The notes beneath the pieces were generated by a model. It worked only from the letters and a program-made list of their open reading frames with translations. It made no database searches and was not told the origin of the DNA. Shown piece after piece: positions 9,851-18,964 of a DNA stretch of 64,000 nucleotides. The stretch is from Candidatus Alkanophaga volatiphilum. Its GTDB lineage: Archaea; Halobacteriota; Syntropharchaeia; Alkanophagales; B39-G2. The stretch covers positions 40,474 to 104,473 of the forward strand of contig JAPHEE010000001.1 of NCBI GenBank assembly GCA_029259545.1, read 5' to 3'. The translations under genes were made by a program, and so were the position numbers. Positions within the stretch are counted from its first letter, which is position 1. Each line of letters begins with the position of its first letter.

Positions 9851-11234
9851 GTTTCTCTCCTCTTGCCTCTGTCATTAATGATGCCAAAGTTCCTAATAAA
9901 GCTTTTTTGAGCACGAAGAACCTCCTGCACAATATCTGTTCGAGTAGGAAGCGGGGGCGTAGGTAAAAACTCAAGTACGCTTTGCGAAGCCATTTTTTCA
10001 GCTGCTCTGCGGTCATCCCGGGGATGCTCATTACAGGCTCCAACGTCGTGTATCTCGCCCAGTTCCTCGTGAGCAGCAGCCCCCTTTTCAGGGCAAGCTC
10101 GAAGAGCTTCGTTCCCGGAAACGGCGTGCACAGCGTGAACTGCGCATACGTAGGTTTTAGCTTCTTTGCGAGCCTTATCGTGCTTTTTATCGTGCTCACG
10201 GTCTCGCCGGGGACGCCGATGATGAAAGATGCGAGGACGTTCAGTCCCGCCTCCTTCAAGGTTTTGACGGCGCGCTCAGCCTTTTCGAGCGTGGTGTTCT
10301 TCCCGATGATGTCGAGGATCCGCTGCGAGCCCGACTCCACGCCGACGTAAACGCTGTGGCACCCCGCTTTTTTCAGCTTCTCCGCAAGCTTCTTGCTTAC
10401 CGTGTTTACATGGGAGGAACAGCTCCATGAAATCTCCAAACGCTCCCTTATCATCAGGTCGCATATCCTCTCAGCACGCTTCTTACTGAGAGTGAAGGTG
10501 TCATCCAAGAACTCTATTTCTCGGACGCCATATTCGTCCCTAAGCAATCTGAGCTCATCAATGACGTTCTCCGGCGAGCGAGCTCGCCATTTCTTGCCAA
10601 ATAGCGTTGATGATGCACAGAAAATGCATTTGAACGGACAACCACGGCTCGTCATCACGTTACCGAACCTGTGTCCGGAAATTTCGTATTTTTTCATGGG
10701 TAGCAGGTCGTACGCAGGAAACGGGAGCTCATCGAGATTTTTCATGAGCGGGCGTGGCTCATTGCTTCTTATTTTAGATTTGTGCCTGAACGTTATCCCG
10801 CCGACGCCCTTCAGCGGCAGCCCCCGCTCCCAAGCGCTCAAAAGCTCTTTAAGCGTGAGTTCGCCCTCCCCTCTAACGACGACGTCGATCGCTTCGCACT
10901 CTGCGAGCGTCTCCTCTGCGGTGAACGTCACGTGCGGACCGCCCACGACGGTCTTGACCTCGGGGTTAAGCTTCTTCGCCAGTCTTGCGACGGCGTAGGC
11001 GTCGTAGATTGCGGGCGTCGTCGCGGTCACGCCGACGACGTCAGGCTCGTACTTCCTAAACTCACGGCGAAGGTCATCTAGGGTGTAGTCCAGCGTCAGA
11101 GCATCCACCACCCTCACGTCGTGCTCATCCCTGAGGGTCGCCGCCAGATAAGCCAAGCCGAGGGGCACGCCGGTTGCGCCGAGCACGGACTTCACGGCGG
11201 ACGCCGAATTCGGCTGGACGAGCACGACCCGCAT
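9825..11234 (-). CDS. B12-binding-domain radical SAM protein (class B)
   Basis: MRVVLVQPN... cobalamin-binding-like N-domain, then SRGCPFKCIFC radical SAM motif. ATG 11234 lies 4 nt after the upstream stop. Confidence 0.75.
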   Translation of the reverse strand: MRVVLVQPNSASAVKSVLGATGVPLGLAYLAATLRDEHDVRVVDALTLDYTLDDLRREFRKYEPDVVGVTATTPAIYDAYAVARLAKKLNPEVKTVVGGPHVTFTAEETLAECEAIDVVVRGEGELTLKELLSAWERGLPLKGVGGITFRHKSKIRSNEPRPLMKNLDELPFPAYDLLPMKKYEISGHRFGNVMTSRGCPFKCIFCASSTLFGKKWRARSPENVIDELRLLRDEYGVREIEFLDDTFTLSKKRAERICDLMIRERLEISWSCSSHVNTVSKKLAEKLKKAGCHSVYVGVESGSQRILDIIGKNTTLEKAERAVKTLKEAGLNVLASFIIGVPGETVSTIKSTIRLAKKLKPTYAQFTLCTPFPGTKLFELALKRGLLLTRNWARYTTLEPVMSIPGMTAEQLKKWLRKAYLSFYLRPRFLLEQILCRRFFVLKKALLGTLASLMTEARGEKHGRNSIDG

Positions 11235-11238
11235 ATTC

Positions 11239-12645
11239 TCACCTATTAAGTATGCAGCCGGGGTCGCCGGCGAGGTAGTCACCGGTGTAGCCGTAAGCAC
11301 GGGCACGGCACCCTCCGCAGTAATAGCGGAACTTGCAGACGCCGCAGTGTCCTTTAAGTTTCGAGCGGTCTCTGAGGTCGTTCAAAACCTCGTTACTCGC
11401 CCAGAACTCCTCGAAATCCACCTTCATGATGTTTCCGAGCGGGAGTTTGAAGAAGACGCACGGCATGATCGTGCCGTCGGGCTCGACAGCTACGTAGCAG
11501 CGTCCGGCGCCGCAGCCGCCGATGAACTCCGCAAGCCCTTGCAATTTACCGGAGAGCCGAGGGTTATAGAAGTGCGTCGGGACGACGATCTCTTCTTCAT
11601 CGCCTTTAAGCCTTTGGAGGGCGACTCTTGCAAACTGTGGCGCCGTCGTTAATACATCCAAGCTGCTGCCCCGGGCTTGCAGCTCATCCCTTTTATCAAG
11701 AAGCGTGTTCAGGAGCGTCTCTCGCTCCTCGGGGCTGAGGTCGTATTCCACGATCTCGACGCCACGCCCCGAAGGCACAAAGTTAAAGCCCATGAACCAG
11801 CGCACGCCGAGCTCGTCGCAAAGTTCTATGATTTTGGGCACCTCCTCGATGTTGAACCTCGTGATCGTCGTGGAGACATCTACGAAGATGTCGTCGCCGG
11901 CGGCGACCACGTTCTTAATGCCCTCAAGCGTCTTTTCAAACGCGCCGCTCACGCCCCTGAACGCATCGTGCGTCTCCGCGCTGGCGCCGTCGAGACTTAT
12001 CTGGACGAACTTCACGCCGGCATCGCGCATGCGAGCGGCAACATCTTCGCTGATGAGCGTGCCGTTCGTGGCGACGCCCACATACATGCCTTTATCCGCC
12101 GCATAGCTTGCAATATCAAAGAAATCTTTACGCATCAGCGGCTCGCCCCCAGAGAATGCGAGGATAGGAACGTCGGCGTCTGCAAGTTTGTCCACGACGA
12201 GCATCGCGTCTCTGGTGCTCAGCTCTTTTGAGGCTCGAGGGTGGGCGGCGGCGTAGCAGTGCTTACACCGCAAGTTGCACTTGTATGTGAAGTCCCAGAC
12301 GACGAGGAACGGCGAGCCCGGGACGAAGGGGCGGCGCACGCCGAACTTCTCGATGCCCTTGAGGACGCAAATCAAGCCTTTGCGCCAGTGCTTGTCTTTA
12401 AAGCGCTCGCGCACGGCGTCCTCGTCCATGCCGAGCGCCTTGCCGCCCCTCCTCAAAATCCTAGCGATTACCGAGGCGGCGGCTCTGCACTTCACGCAGG
12501 CGCTCTCCCGCTCGCCGACATACAGATCGAGGGCGACATTCAGCCTCTTGCCACACTCGCACTCTGCATCCAGCAACCTCAACAAAGACCTGACGAGCGG
12601 GTTTCCGACCACAAATTCCAGAAGCTCAGCATCCTCGGCTCGCAT
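11239..12645 (-). CDS. radical SAM / SPASM-domain protein (AhbD/NirJ-like)
   Basis: YKCNLRCKHCY radical SAM motif. The C-terminus is Cys-rich (CGAGRC...CGVCKFRYYCGGCRARAY...DPGC). There is a ~100 aa N-terminal extension. Confidence 0.7.
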   Translation of the reverse strand: MRAEDAELLEFVVGNPLVRSLLRLLDAECECGKRLNVALDLYVGERESACVKCRAAASVIARILRRGGKALGMDEDAVRERFKDKHWRKGLICVLKGIEKFGVRRPFVPGSPFLVVWDFTYKCNLRCKHCYAAAHPRASKELSTRDAMLVVDKLADADVPILAFSGGEPLMRKDFFDIASYAADKGMYVGVATNGTLISEDVAARMRDAGVKFVQISLDGASAETHDAFRGVSGAFEKTLEGIKNVVAAGDDIFVDVSTTITRFNIEEVPKIIELCDELGVRWFMGFNFVPSGRGVEIVEYDLSPEERETLLNTLLDKRDELQARGSSLDVLTTAPQFARVALQRLKGDEEEIVVPTHFYNPRLSGKLQGLAEFIGGCGAGRCYVAVEPDGTIMPCVFFKLPLGNIMKVDFEEFWASNEVLNDLRDRSKLKGHCGVCKFRYYCGGCRARAYGYTGDYLAGDPGCILNR

Positions 12646-12654
12646 CCCCCCCTC

Positions 12655-13824
12655 CTATATTTCGAAACATCTTGAAACATTTGAGGTCTTCACTAATAAA
12701 GCTTTCGCGCCGCACATGCTCGGCACGTATCTGAACGCTTTTGCGGAGTTCGTGGCTATGCAGGAGAAGCGCTCGAACGCCGGTGAGACCACCATGCACG
12801 TATCGCAGACAACTCTTACGCCGAGCCGCTTTAACTCTTTTATTGCCGCGTTCTCACGCTCTGCGAGCCGTCTTGCGACGAATACGAACGTCTCGTGCCT
12901 GAGTTTAGCGCCACGCAGGAGCTTACAGAGCCGTCGCAGCTCCTGCGAGGAGCAGTGGGGGCAGCCGAAGGTGAGGACGGCGTCTTCGGGAATTGAAGAG
13001 TCAAAAAACTCTCTTAGGTCTTTTTCTTCTATCTCCACAACTTCCGAAGGCATCTCGTATGAAAGAGCTTCGGGGGTTATGCCTTTTTCGCCCCTGATCG
13101 CATGGAACATGCCGACGCTGCCCGTTGCGCCGAGCGCTGCTGAAAACGCCTTTAGCTCGTCCGCGCTTGGCGACGTCTTCAGCTTGAGGAGCGGAATCTT
13201 ATCGCCTGCGATTTTTCCGACAAGGTAGCCAAGCGCCCCATACTCGGCGGCGTCGGAAAGTTTGCATTTGATGTCGAAGAGGATGCTCGGCGCCCGCTCT
13301 TCATCGAGATGAAGACCATATAGCGGCGTTTTCCCAACGAGCGCTGCCGCGAGGGCGGACGGTGCGCCCTCAAGGTTTGTTCTAGCTCCTAGAACGGAAT
13401 TTATGTAGATTACGGCGGAGGACTCCGCCCAAGAGACGTGCTCACCTCGCTTCGGAGCATATCCAATTAGATATGGGGTGCATGTACACTCTGGGAGCAC
13501 GCCGAGCTTCTCATAAGCTTTGAGGACCTCCATTTGCTTAAACGCAAATTCTTCCGAGATGCCCAACTCCTGCCAGTGTTCCCTGTCCATTCCGATGGGA
13601 TTGAGCGTCGTTTTCACTTTTACTTTTGCGTCGAGACTCTCGACGAACTCGTATGCGTCTCCGATCGTCTTATACGAAGCTCCTGAAATGTGCGCGCTCC
13701 TTATTGGAATCAAACGAGGCGCTTCGTTTATATCGCCGAGCGCAACAAGGATTTCCATTGCTTTCCTTAGGCTTTCACCTGCTTCTCCGTTGTAGATCCG
13801 CTCCTCCTCTTTTGTTAGGTACAT
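12655..13824 (-). CDS. aconitase-X catalytic domain protein (DUF521), probable phosphomevalonate dehydratase large subunit
   Basis: MYLTKEEERIYNGEAGE... N-terminus typical of DUF521/AcnX. The small-subunit (DUF126) partner is not adjacent. Confidence 0.7.
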   Translation of the reverse strand: MYLTKEEERIYNGEAGESLRKAMEILVALGDINEAPRLIPIRSAHISGASYKTIGDAYEFVESLDAKVKVKTTLNPIGMDREHWQELGISEEFAFKQMEVLKAYEKLGVLPECTCTPYLIGYAPKRGEHVSWAESSAVIYINSVLGARTNLEGAPSALAAALVGKTPLYGLHLDEERAPSILFDIKCKLSDAAEYGALGYLVGKIAGDKIPLLKLKTSPSADELKAFSAALGATGSVGMFHAIRGEKGITPEALSYEMPSEVVEIEEKDLREFFDSSIPEDAVLTFGCPHCSSQELRRLCKLLRGAKLRHETFVFVARRLAERENAAIKELKRLGVRVVCDTCMVVSPAFERFSCIATNSAKAFRYVPSMCGAKALLVKTSNVSRCFEI

Positions 13825-13967
13825 CATGCGAAATTTGGAGGCGGAACGGATAAGCATGCCGTTCGGGCGTTATGCCAACTCGATGCTGGAAGCGAGGTAT
13901 TGCTTATTAAGCTAACGGATGCGTCGACTGCAGAAGTATATAAGGTCGGACAAACCAACGAAAAGCT

Positions 13968-14645
13968 ATGCGTTACGACGTGGTCATTCTTGACATGGAT
14001 GGCACGATTCTCGATTCACGGGGCAGTGGCGACATCGAATACAAATGGGCGTACAATGCCTTCGAGCGGACGCTTGCGAGGTTTGGCATCAGGCTGACTA
14101 TAGATCAGATAAATGAGTATTTTCTCAAGCCATTGATTCTCAGGGGTAGGCAGGGCGTTTTGGAATTTTGCAAGCGTTTCGGGCTCGACTGCGAGCTTTT
14201 CTGGAGTTTCAGGGAGCAGGATGTCATCGAGGCGAAGATCGAGGCTATGAAGAGGGGTGAGATAAAGCTTGTGAGGGATGCGAAAAAGGTAATTTCGTAC
14301 CTAAGTAGAAAATACGAGCTTGCGGTTGTCAGCGACTCGCAGCAGGAGTGTGTGGACTTTGCAATGCAGTACTTCAGGCTGACACCGTTCTTCAAGTTCT
14401 GGTACGGGCGGGGTTCTCGTCTCGAAGATCTGGATTTCAGGAAACCTAACCCGTATTATATCAACCTTGTACTGCACAAGCTGCACACGAAGAACGCCAT
14501 ACTTGTGGACGACAGCCAGCTTGGCGTCCTCGCCGCGAAACGTGCAGGCATCGCTTCCGTTCTCATTTGGAAAGAGCCTGTAAAGATAAAATACGAACCG
14601 ACGCACGTCATCCGAGACTTGGCGGAACTGGAGACCATTCTTTAA
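13968..14645 (+). CDS. HAD-superfamily hydrolase
   Basis: DMDGT motif I (VVILDMDGTILD) and a downstream VSDS motif. Confidence 0.75.
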   Translation: MRYDVVILDMDGTILDSRGSGDIEYKWAYNAFERTLARFGIRLTIDQINEYFLKPLILRGRQGVLEFCKRFGLDCELFWSFREQDVIEAKIEAMKRGEIKLVRDAKKVISYLSRKYELAVVSDSQQECVDFAMQYFRLTPFFKFWYGRGSRLEDLDFRKPNPYYINLVLHKLHTKNAILVDDSQLGVLAAKRAGIASVLIWKEPVKIKYEPTHVIRDLAELETIL

Positions 14646-14858
14646 GCGTACGCTTTCTTTTTACTCTTCTAACGCCGCACGCAGCATCTGCTTTAGGACG
14701 ATACGGGCGCTTATTAAACATGTGTTAGCTGCCCGCAGCTCTACATTTACCGCGCGGAGCGTCTTCAAGTCGTCTTTGTTGGCGCTTGCGAATCTCGTCG
14801 CTCCCGCCTCGTAGCTTTAAGCATGTACTCCTTCGCAGCCTCCTTCAGTTCCTCAGCT

Positions 14859-15544
14859 TCAGAGGTATTGCCATTTCTGCGGCTCGAAGTTGCCACGACC
14901 ACGGAGAATAGCTATGCCCTCGCCGCTAGCTAAGGGCGTGCCGTTTCGAACTTTTGCGAGGATGAACACGTCCGTGCCTTCGACGTGTGCGGTGCCATTG
15001 CCCTTGTGACCTCCTCCTCGCTTAGCAAGAGGCTTCTACCGGAAGCCTCGGGAGGTTAGGGAGTGTGCAGCACAAGCTGCGCCCCCCTTCGGGCTGAGCA
15101 CGCAGCCCTGACCGCAGGATATACCCACGGCCTCGTTGCAGACTTATATTCAGAGTATAAAAATTAACTACCTCCTACCAGCCCCCCATCCACCTCCCCT
15201 AATTCATCTCCGTCCTGTCGGACGGAGCCTTCTTAGCGACCGAAGGTAAATTTTCACGCAGCCGAACGTCCAGACGTTGCCGTCGCCTTCGACGCTTATC
15301 TGGAAGTTCTCTCCGGCGACGAGCAGCATCCCGACGCCCTTTAAGGTGACGTTGCCGGTGCCGAATAGCATGGCGGCGCGCCGCTGCCCTCGGCATAGAG
15401 CGTGCCGTTGCCGACCATTACTCTCTTAGCACCGAGAGGTTCGGGACCAGGGGGCGTCGGCCTCTCGTGGATGCCATTACTGACCGCCACGGCGGGCGCA
15501 GCGAACGCCACGAGCGTGCAGAGCGTCAATGCTATGATCCCCAC
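14859..15544 (-). pseudogene. secreted G-N-G-T repeat protein, frameshifted and interrupted by MITE copy A
   Basis: A signal peptide (MGIIALTLCTLVAFAAPAVA) is followed by GNGTLYAEGSG. A frame switch near 15390 gives FGTGNVTLKGVG...GDGNVWTFGCVK, which runs into the repeat. On the other side of the repeat the frame resumes as KGNGTAHVEGT...NGTPLASGEG. Confidence 0.55.
15006..15250 (+). mobile_element. MITE-like structured interspersed repeat, copy A (reference copy)
   Basis: 245 nt running GTGACCTCCTCC...GAAGGTAAA. The ends form imperfect terminal inverted repeats (ACCTCCTCCTCGCTTAGCAAG versus the reverse complement ACCTTCGGTCGCTAAGAAG). Near-identical copy C lies at 37725-37977. Confidence 0.7.
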
Positions 15545-15699
15545 AGCGAACGGTTTGAGAGCTTAGCGACGGCGGCGCTGTAACGCCGTCCATCCTAAAG
15601 CCCTTGTAGGACCGTAATTTTAGGAGCGAAATAACGACTCTTTCGAGTTTTGACAGAATAAAGCTTTACAAAAGTTTTTGCACTCAAAGCTTTACAGCA

Positions 15700-16370
15700 C
15701 CTTTTTTACCTTGTCGCTGCCGTTATTGTTTTTGCTGCTTTTCCAGACAGCGGCAGCGAGCGTGGTTCACGGGACAATATGAGTGGTCGAGCCTTTGAGC
15801 GATGTCATCGTCGAGGTCAATTCCACGCCGATACAGCGGATGGTGGTGAAAAACGCAGAATACTCATTCAACCTGCCCGCTGGTATCAGATTCGGGCGAC
15901 GTATTACGTAGACGAAACTCTAGTTTACTATACCGAGGAGAACATCACCGTGCCTGAAGAAGGAGATTTCGTTCTTGATTTGATAATGTTGCCTGTTATC
16001 GAAGAGGGACGAGGTGCCGGAGTTCGACGAAGACATTTTCGGCGAAGGGACGTTTCCGAGTTCAGTTGTCGTGGCGGCGGCGCTCGGTGGCGTCCTTGCT
16101 GCGGCGTTGCCTTCTAGGGCGGCTTGGGAGGCGGGAGGAGAAGGGGACAAAGGTTGAAAAAGTGGAGAGAGTGGAGATGGAGGGGTGGAGAGAGCTACCG
16201 AGCGACTTGCGGCTTGTGCTTTCAATAATCGAGAAGGAGGGAGGGCGAATCACGCTTCGGAGGCGAAGGTCAGCCTGATGCTTGCGGATTTGGAGGACAG
16301 AGGTCTAATCAGGAAGATCAAAGTCGGCAGAGGTAATATAATTGTCTTCGAAAGGCGTCGCAAAGAGTAA
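15700..16370 (+). pseudogene. membrane-associated wHTH regulator with CarboxypepD_reg-like ectodomain, multiply frameshifted
   Basis: Pieces lie in three frames. They read SLPLLFLLLFQTAAASVVHGTI, EPLSDVIVEVNSTPIQRMVVKNAEYSFNLPAG, RATYYVDETLVYYTEENITVPEEGDFVLDLIMLPVIEE, ELPSDLRLVLSIIEKEGGRIT and SLMLADLEDRGLIRKIKVGRGNIIVFE. Confidence 0.55.
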
Positions 16371-16408
16371 TTGTGATTGTCAGCCTTTTGTGCCAAGCTC
16401 GTCATAAA

Positions 16409-17749
16409 CTAAAATATAACGCCTCGCTCCTTCATGAACTCCCGGAGGACGACAGTGGCGTAGCCTCCTTTCGGTAGCGAGAAATGGAGTCGCACTTTCG
16501 TCTTGTCTTCGTGCAGCTCATCTTTGCTTACTTCGAACTTCAAATCCCGAACGGGCATGAGGATCTCACGTCGCCAGCCGCGGGATGCGAGCTCTGGGAC
16601 CGCCTTTATTTTAAAATCTTCAAGAGCTACGCCTTCCTTATCTAATACTCGCCGCTCGATTTCGCCCTGCAAGCCGTCTGCAAGCTCCGTCTCATAACCG
16701 AAAAGTGGGGCGGTGACGAAAGCGCGTTGCCGTTTTACGAGACGATTCACGCCTTCCAGCTTACTTTCAGTGACTTTTTCTGTCTTGTTGACGTCCGGGG
16801 AGCCGTCTGCGCCGCGATAACAGACGATGTCTCCGACAAGTGCTTCTGCGAACGGCACGCCGAGCTCGGCGCACGCCTCAAGGCGGTAGCTGAGCGTTAA
16901 ATTGAACAGATAAGACTGGTAAGCGTGCACGAACATCCTGCGCAAGCTCGCAGGTAACGAGCGTAGCGCTCCGAGGAAGTCATTGGAATCCTTGACGAGG
17001 ACGTTAAGTATCGCTTTCTCATAACGCAGGAACGGCGGCATTTGTTTCAGGCTCTCTTTGAACTTCCCTTCGGCGCAGAGGCGTCTTGCGTTTTTAGCGG
17101 CGTCACTTTCTCCAGGGAAGATTTCCGAGAGGTATGTTAGGACTGCTGCCTGCAGGTCGCCGCGTACGAGGTGCTTGCCTACGATGTGGGTGATAGGGCG
17201 GCTCGTGCCAAAGCGTTGCACGCCAAAAAAGTTAGGGACGCCGCCTGCTTCTGAAATCTTGGAGGCTATTGCCTTCACCTTAGCTTCAACCTCGTCAGGA
17301 GCGTCGCTCACGTCTCGGATCACGACGTCGAACTCATTTCCGCGTAGGTCCCCCAGCGCCACCGGCTTCTTAGAGCGCCCTAAGACTTCGATTTCGACTC
17401 TTGGGAGTCTTACTTTTTTGATGTCATCTTCAGAGATGCCCCACACGCTCATTTTTTGCGTCGTCACTGCGAACTTATCCTTAGTGCCGGCGAAGCCTAT
17501 TCGCTTCGTCCCGATCCTGAGTGCGGATGCGAGCTCTTTCACCAGCTGCAAAGTGTCCCAGTTCTCCTTCGTCACCCGCAGGATCAGGTAGCCGCCCTCG
17601 TCGGACGCCGTCCAGTCGGTTATTTCTTTGACGTGAAAATCCAAAGGCACCGTTTTTATCCTACCGCCTATGCCATTTTCAGCTGTGAAGTAAAATTTTA
17701 TACCAAGCTTTTTTTCCACCTCAGGTGCGCTTTTCAGCTTGCCTTTCAT
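16409..17749 (-). CDS. truD: tRNA pseudouridine synthase TruD/Pus7
   Basis: 446 aa. TruD-type motifs (GFAGTKDKFAVTTQ, FGVQRFG). Confidence 0.85.
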   Translation of the reverse strand: MKGKLKSAPEVEKKLGIKFYFTAENGIGGRIKTVPLDFHVKEITDWTASDEGGYLILRVTKENWDTLQLVKELASALRIGTKRIGFAGTKDKFAVTTQKMSVWGISEDDIKKVRLPRVEIEVLGRSKKPVALGDLRGNEFDVVIRDVSDAPDEVEAKVKAIASKISEAGGVPNFFGVQRFGTSRPITHIVGKHLVRGDLQAAVLTYLSEIFPGESDAAKNARRLCAEGKFKESLKQMPPFLRYEKAILNVLVKDSNDFLGALRSLPASLRRMFVHAYQSYLFNLTLSYRLEACAELGVPFAEALVGDIVCYRGADGSPDVNKTEKVTESKLEGVNRLVKRQRAFVTAPLFGYETELADGLQGEIERRVLDKEGVALEDFKIKAVPELASRGWRREILMPVRDLKFEVSKDELHEDKTKVRLHFSLPKGGYATVVLREFMKERGVIF

Positions 17750-17755
17750 TTTCGC

Positions 17756-18097
17756 TCAGCTGCCCTCGCCGCCCTCTTCATCCTCCACGTCCCAAAGTTT
17801 CATTTCTATTCTCACAGCGTCAAGAAGCCCGTGGGCGTAATTTATGCAACCGAATGCCGTCAGCACGTCGCCACGCTCCAAATAAAAGCGAGCGTCTTCA
17901 CAATAACGCGTGGCAAGTTCTATTATCGTCTTTTGTTCCGCCTTTAATTCGGAGCTTGATGCGGAGAGCAGCTTCCTTAGATTCTTTTCGAACATGACGA
18001 TATCGTTTTTAGTTCTCCGCACGCCGCTTTCATTCATCAATGCTTGTTTGAGCTGAGACTTAAAAGCACTTTCAAGCGAACCTAAGGGCGTGCTCAT
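17756..18097 (-). CDS. DUF357-family protein
   Basis: 113 aa. The motif RFYLERGDVLTAFGCINYAHGLLDA resembles archaeal DUF357. Confidence 0.5.
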   Translation of the reverse strand: MSTPLGSLESAFKSQLKQALMNESGVRRTKNDIVMFEKNLRKLLSASSSELKAEQKTIIELATRYCEDARFYLERGDVLTAFGCINYAHGLLDAVRIEMKLWDVEDEEGGEGS

Positions 18098-18920
18098 GCA
18101 GAAGGCGACCGAGCTTTATGCGTCCTTCGAAGACTTCCTCCGCAGGGCCTGTCAGATAGGCGCCGTTCTCGGCATCGCCTAGGACTTCGACTGTGAGGTC
18201 GCCGCCTTGCGTATGCACGAGTATTGGGCGTCGTGTGTCCACGAGGTGAAGTTTTGCAAGTGTGAGCGCCGACGCCGTCGAGCCAGTTCCGCAGGATAGC
18301 GTCTCACCGACGCCCCGCTCGTAGGTGCGCACGCTTATTTCGTTTTCGCCGTCTATCACGACGAAGTTCACATTCGTCCTGTTCGGGAAGGCTTTGTGAC
18401 ATTCTATCGCCCGTCCTAGTCCGGCAACGTCGACCTCATCGAAGCTGCGGACTATCAGGACGGCGTGCGGGTTGCCGATGCTCAGTGCTGTCAGCTTGAA
18501 ATGCCCGTAGCCCTCCACATGGAAATCTTCGTTGAGCATTTGGAAAGAGGGGCGTCCCATGAAGACCCGGACGGCTCCGTCTTCCAAGACTTCCGGTGTG
18601 ATGACGCCGCCCAGCGTCTCGACGTCGAACCTCCGCCTGCGCACGATGCCCCGCTCGTAGACGTATCTTGCGAAGCAGCGGATGCCGTTCCCGCTCATCT
18701 CCGCCTCGGAGCCGTCGGCGTTGAATACGCGCATGCGCACGTCGCAGCGTTCGGAGCGGCACACGAAGAGAACCCCGTCGGCACCGACCGAGAAGCGGCG
18801 GACGCAGAGCCGCCGGACTAGTTCGCCTTTCCTTTCTTCGGGTATCCTCTCGCCGCGGTCATCTATGAGGATGAAGTCGTTGCCTGCTCCGTGCATTTTG
18901 ACAAAGTTCAGCACGTCCAT
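18072..18920 (-). CDS. dapF: diaminopimelate epimerase
   Basis: FVKMHGAGNDFILID N-terminus and the second catalytic-Cys region (SCGTGSTA). Confidence 0.9.
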   Translation of the reverse strand: MDVLNFVKMHGAGNDFILIDDRGERIPEERKGELVRRLCVRRFSVGADGVLFVCRSERCDVRMRVFNADGSEAEMSGNGIRCFARYVYERGIVRRRRFDVETLGGVITPEVLEDGAVRVFMGRPSFQMLNEDFHVEGYGHFKLTALSIGNPHAVLIVRSFDEVDVAGLGRAIECHKAFPNRTNVNFVVIDGENEISVRTYERGVGETLSCGTGSTASALTLAKLHLVDTRRPILVHTQGGDLTVEVLGDAENGAYLTGPAEEVFEGRIKLGRLLHEHALRFA

Positions 18921-18964
18921 GTAGCTTCACCGTTTGCGTCCTGACGATCCTCTACTGGGCACGC

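Noticed and set aside
15006-15250. Interpreting the interspersed repeat as a group II intron fragment, RNase P RNA, riboswitch or 5' UTR
   Set aside because: It has no GUGYG 5' end. It has no 34-nt domain V with an AGC triad and no GAGGAAAGUCC or ACAGAA RNase P boxes. No gene lies downstream of any copy in the sense orientation.
15555-15725. Isolated CTTAGCGAC and TTTACCTTGTCGCTG motifs resembling ends of the MITE-like repeat
   Set aside because: These are short matches without the internal hairpins. The second lies in the signal-peptide region of the decayed regulator gene. Chance resemblance cannot be excluded.
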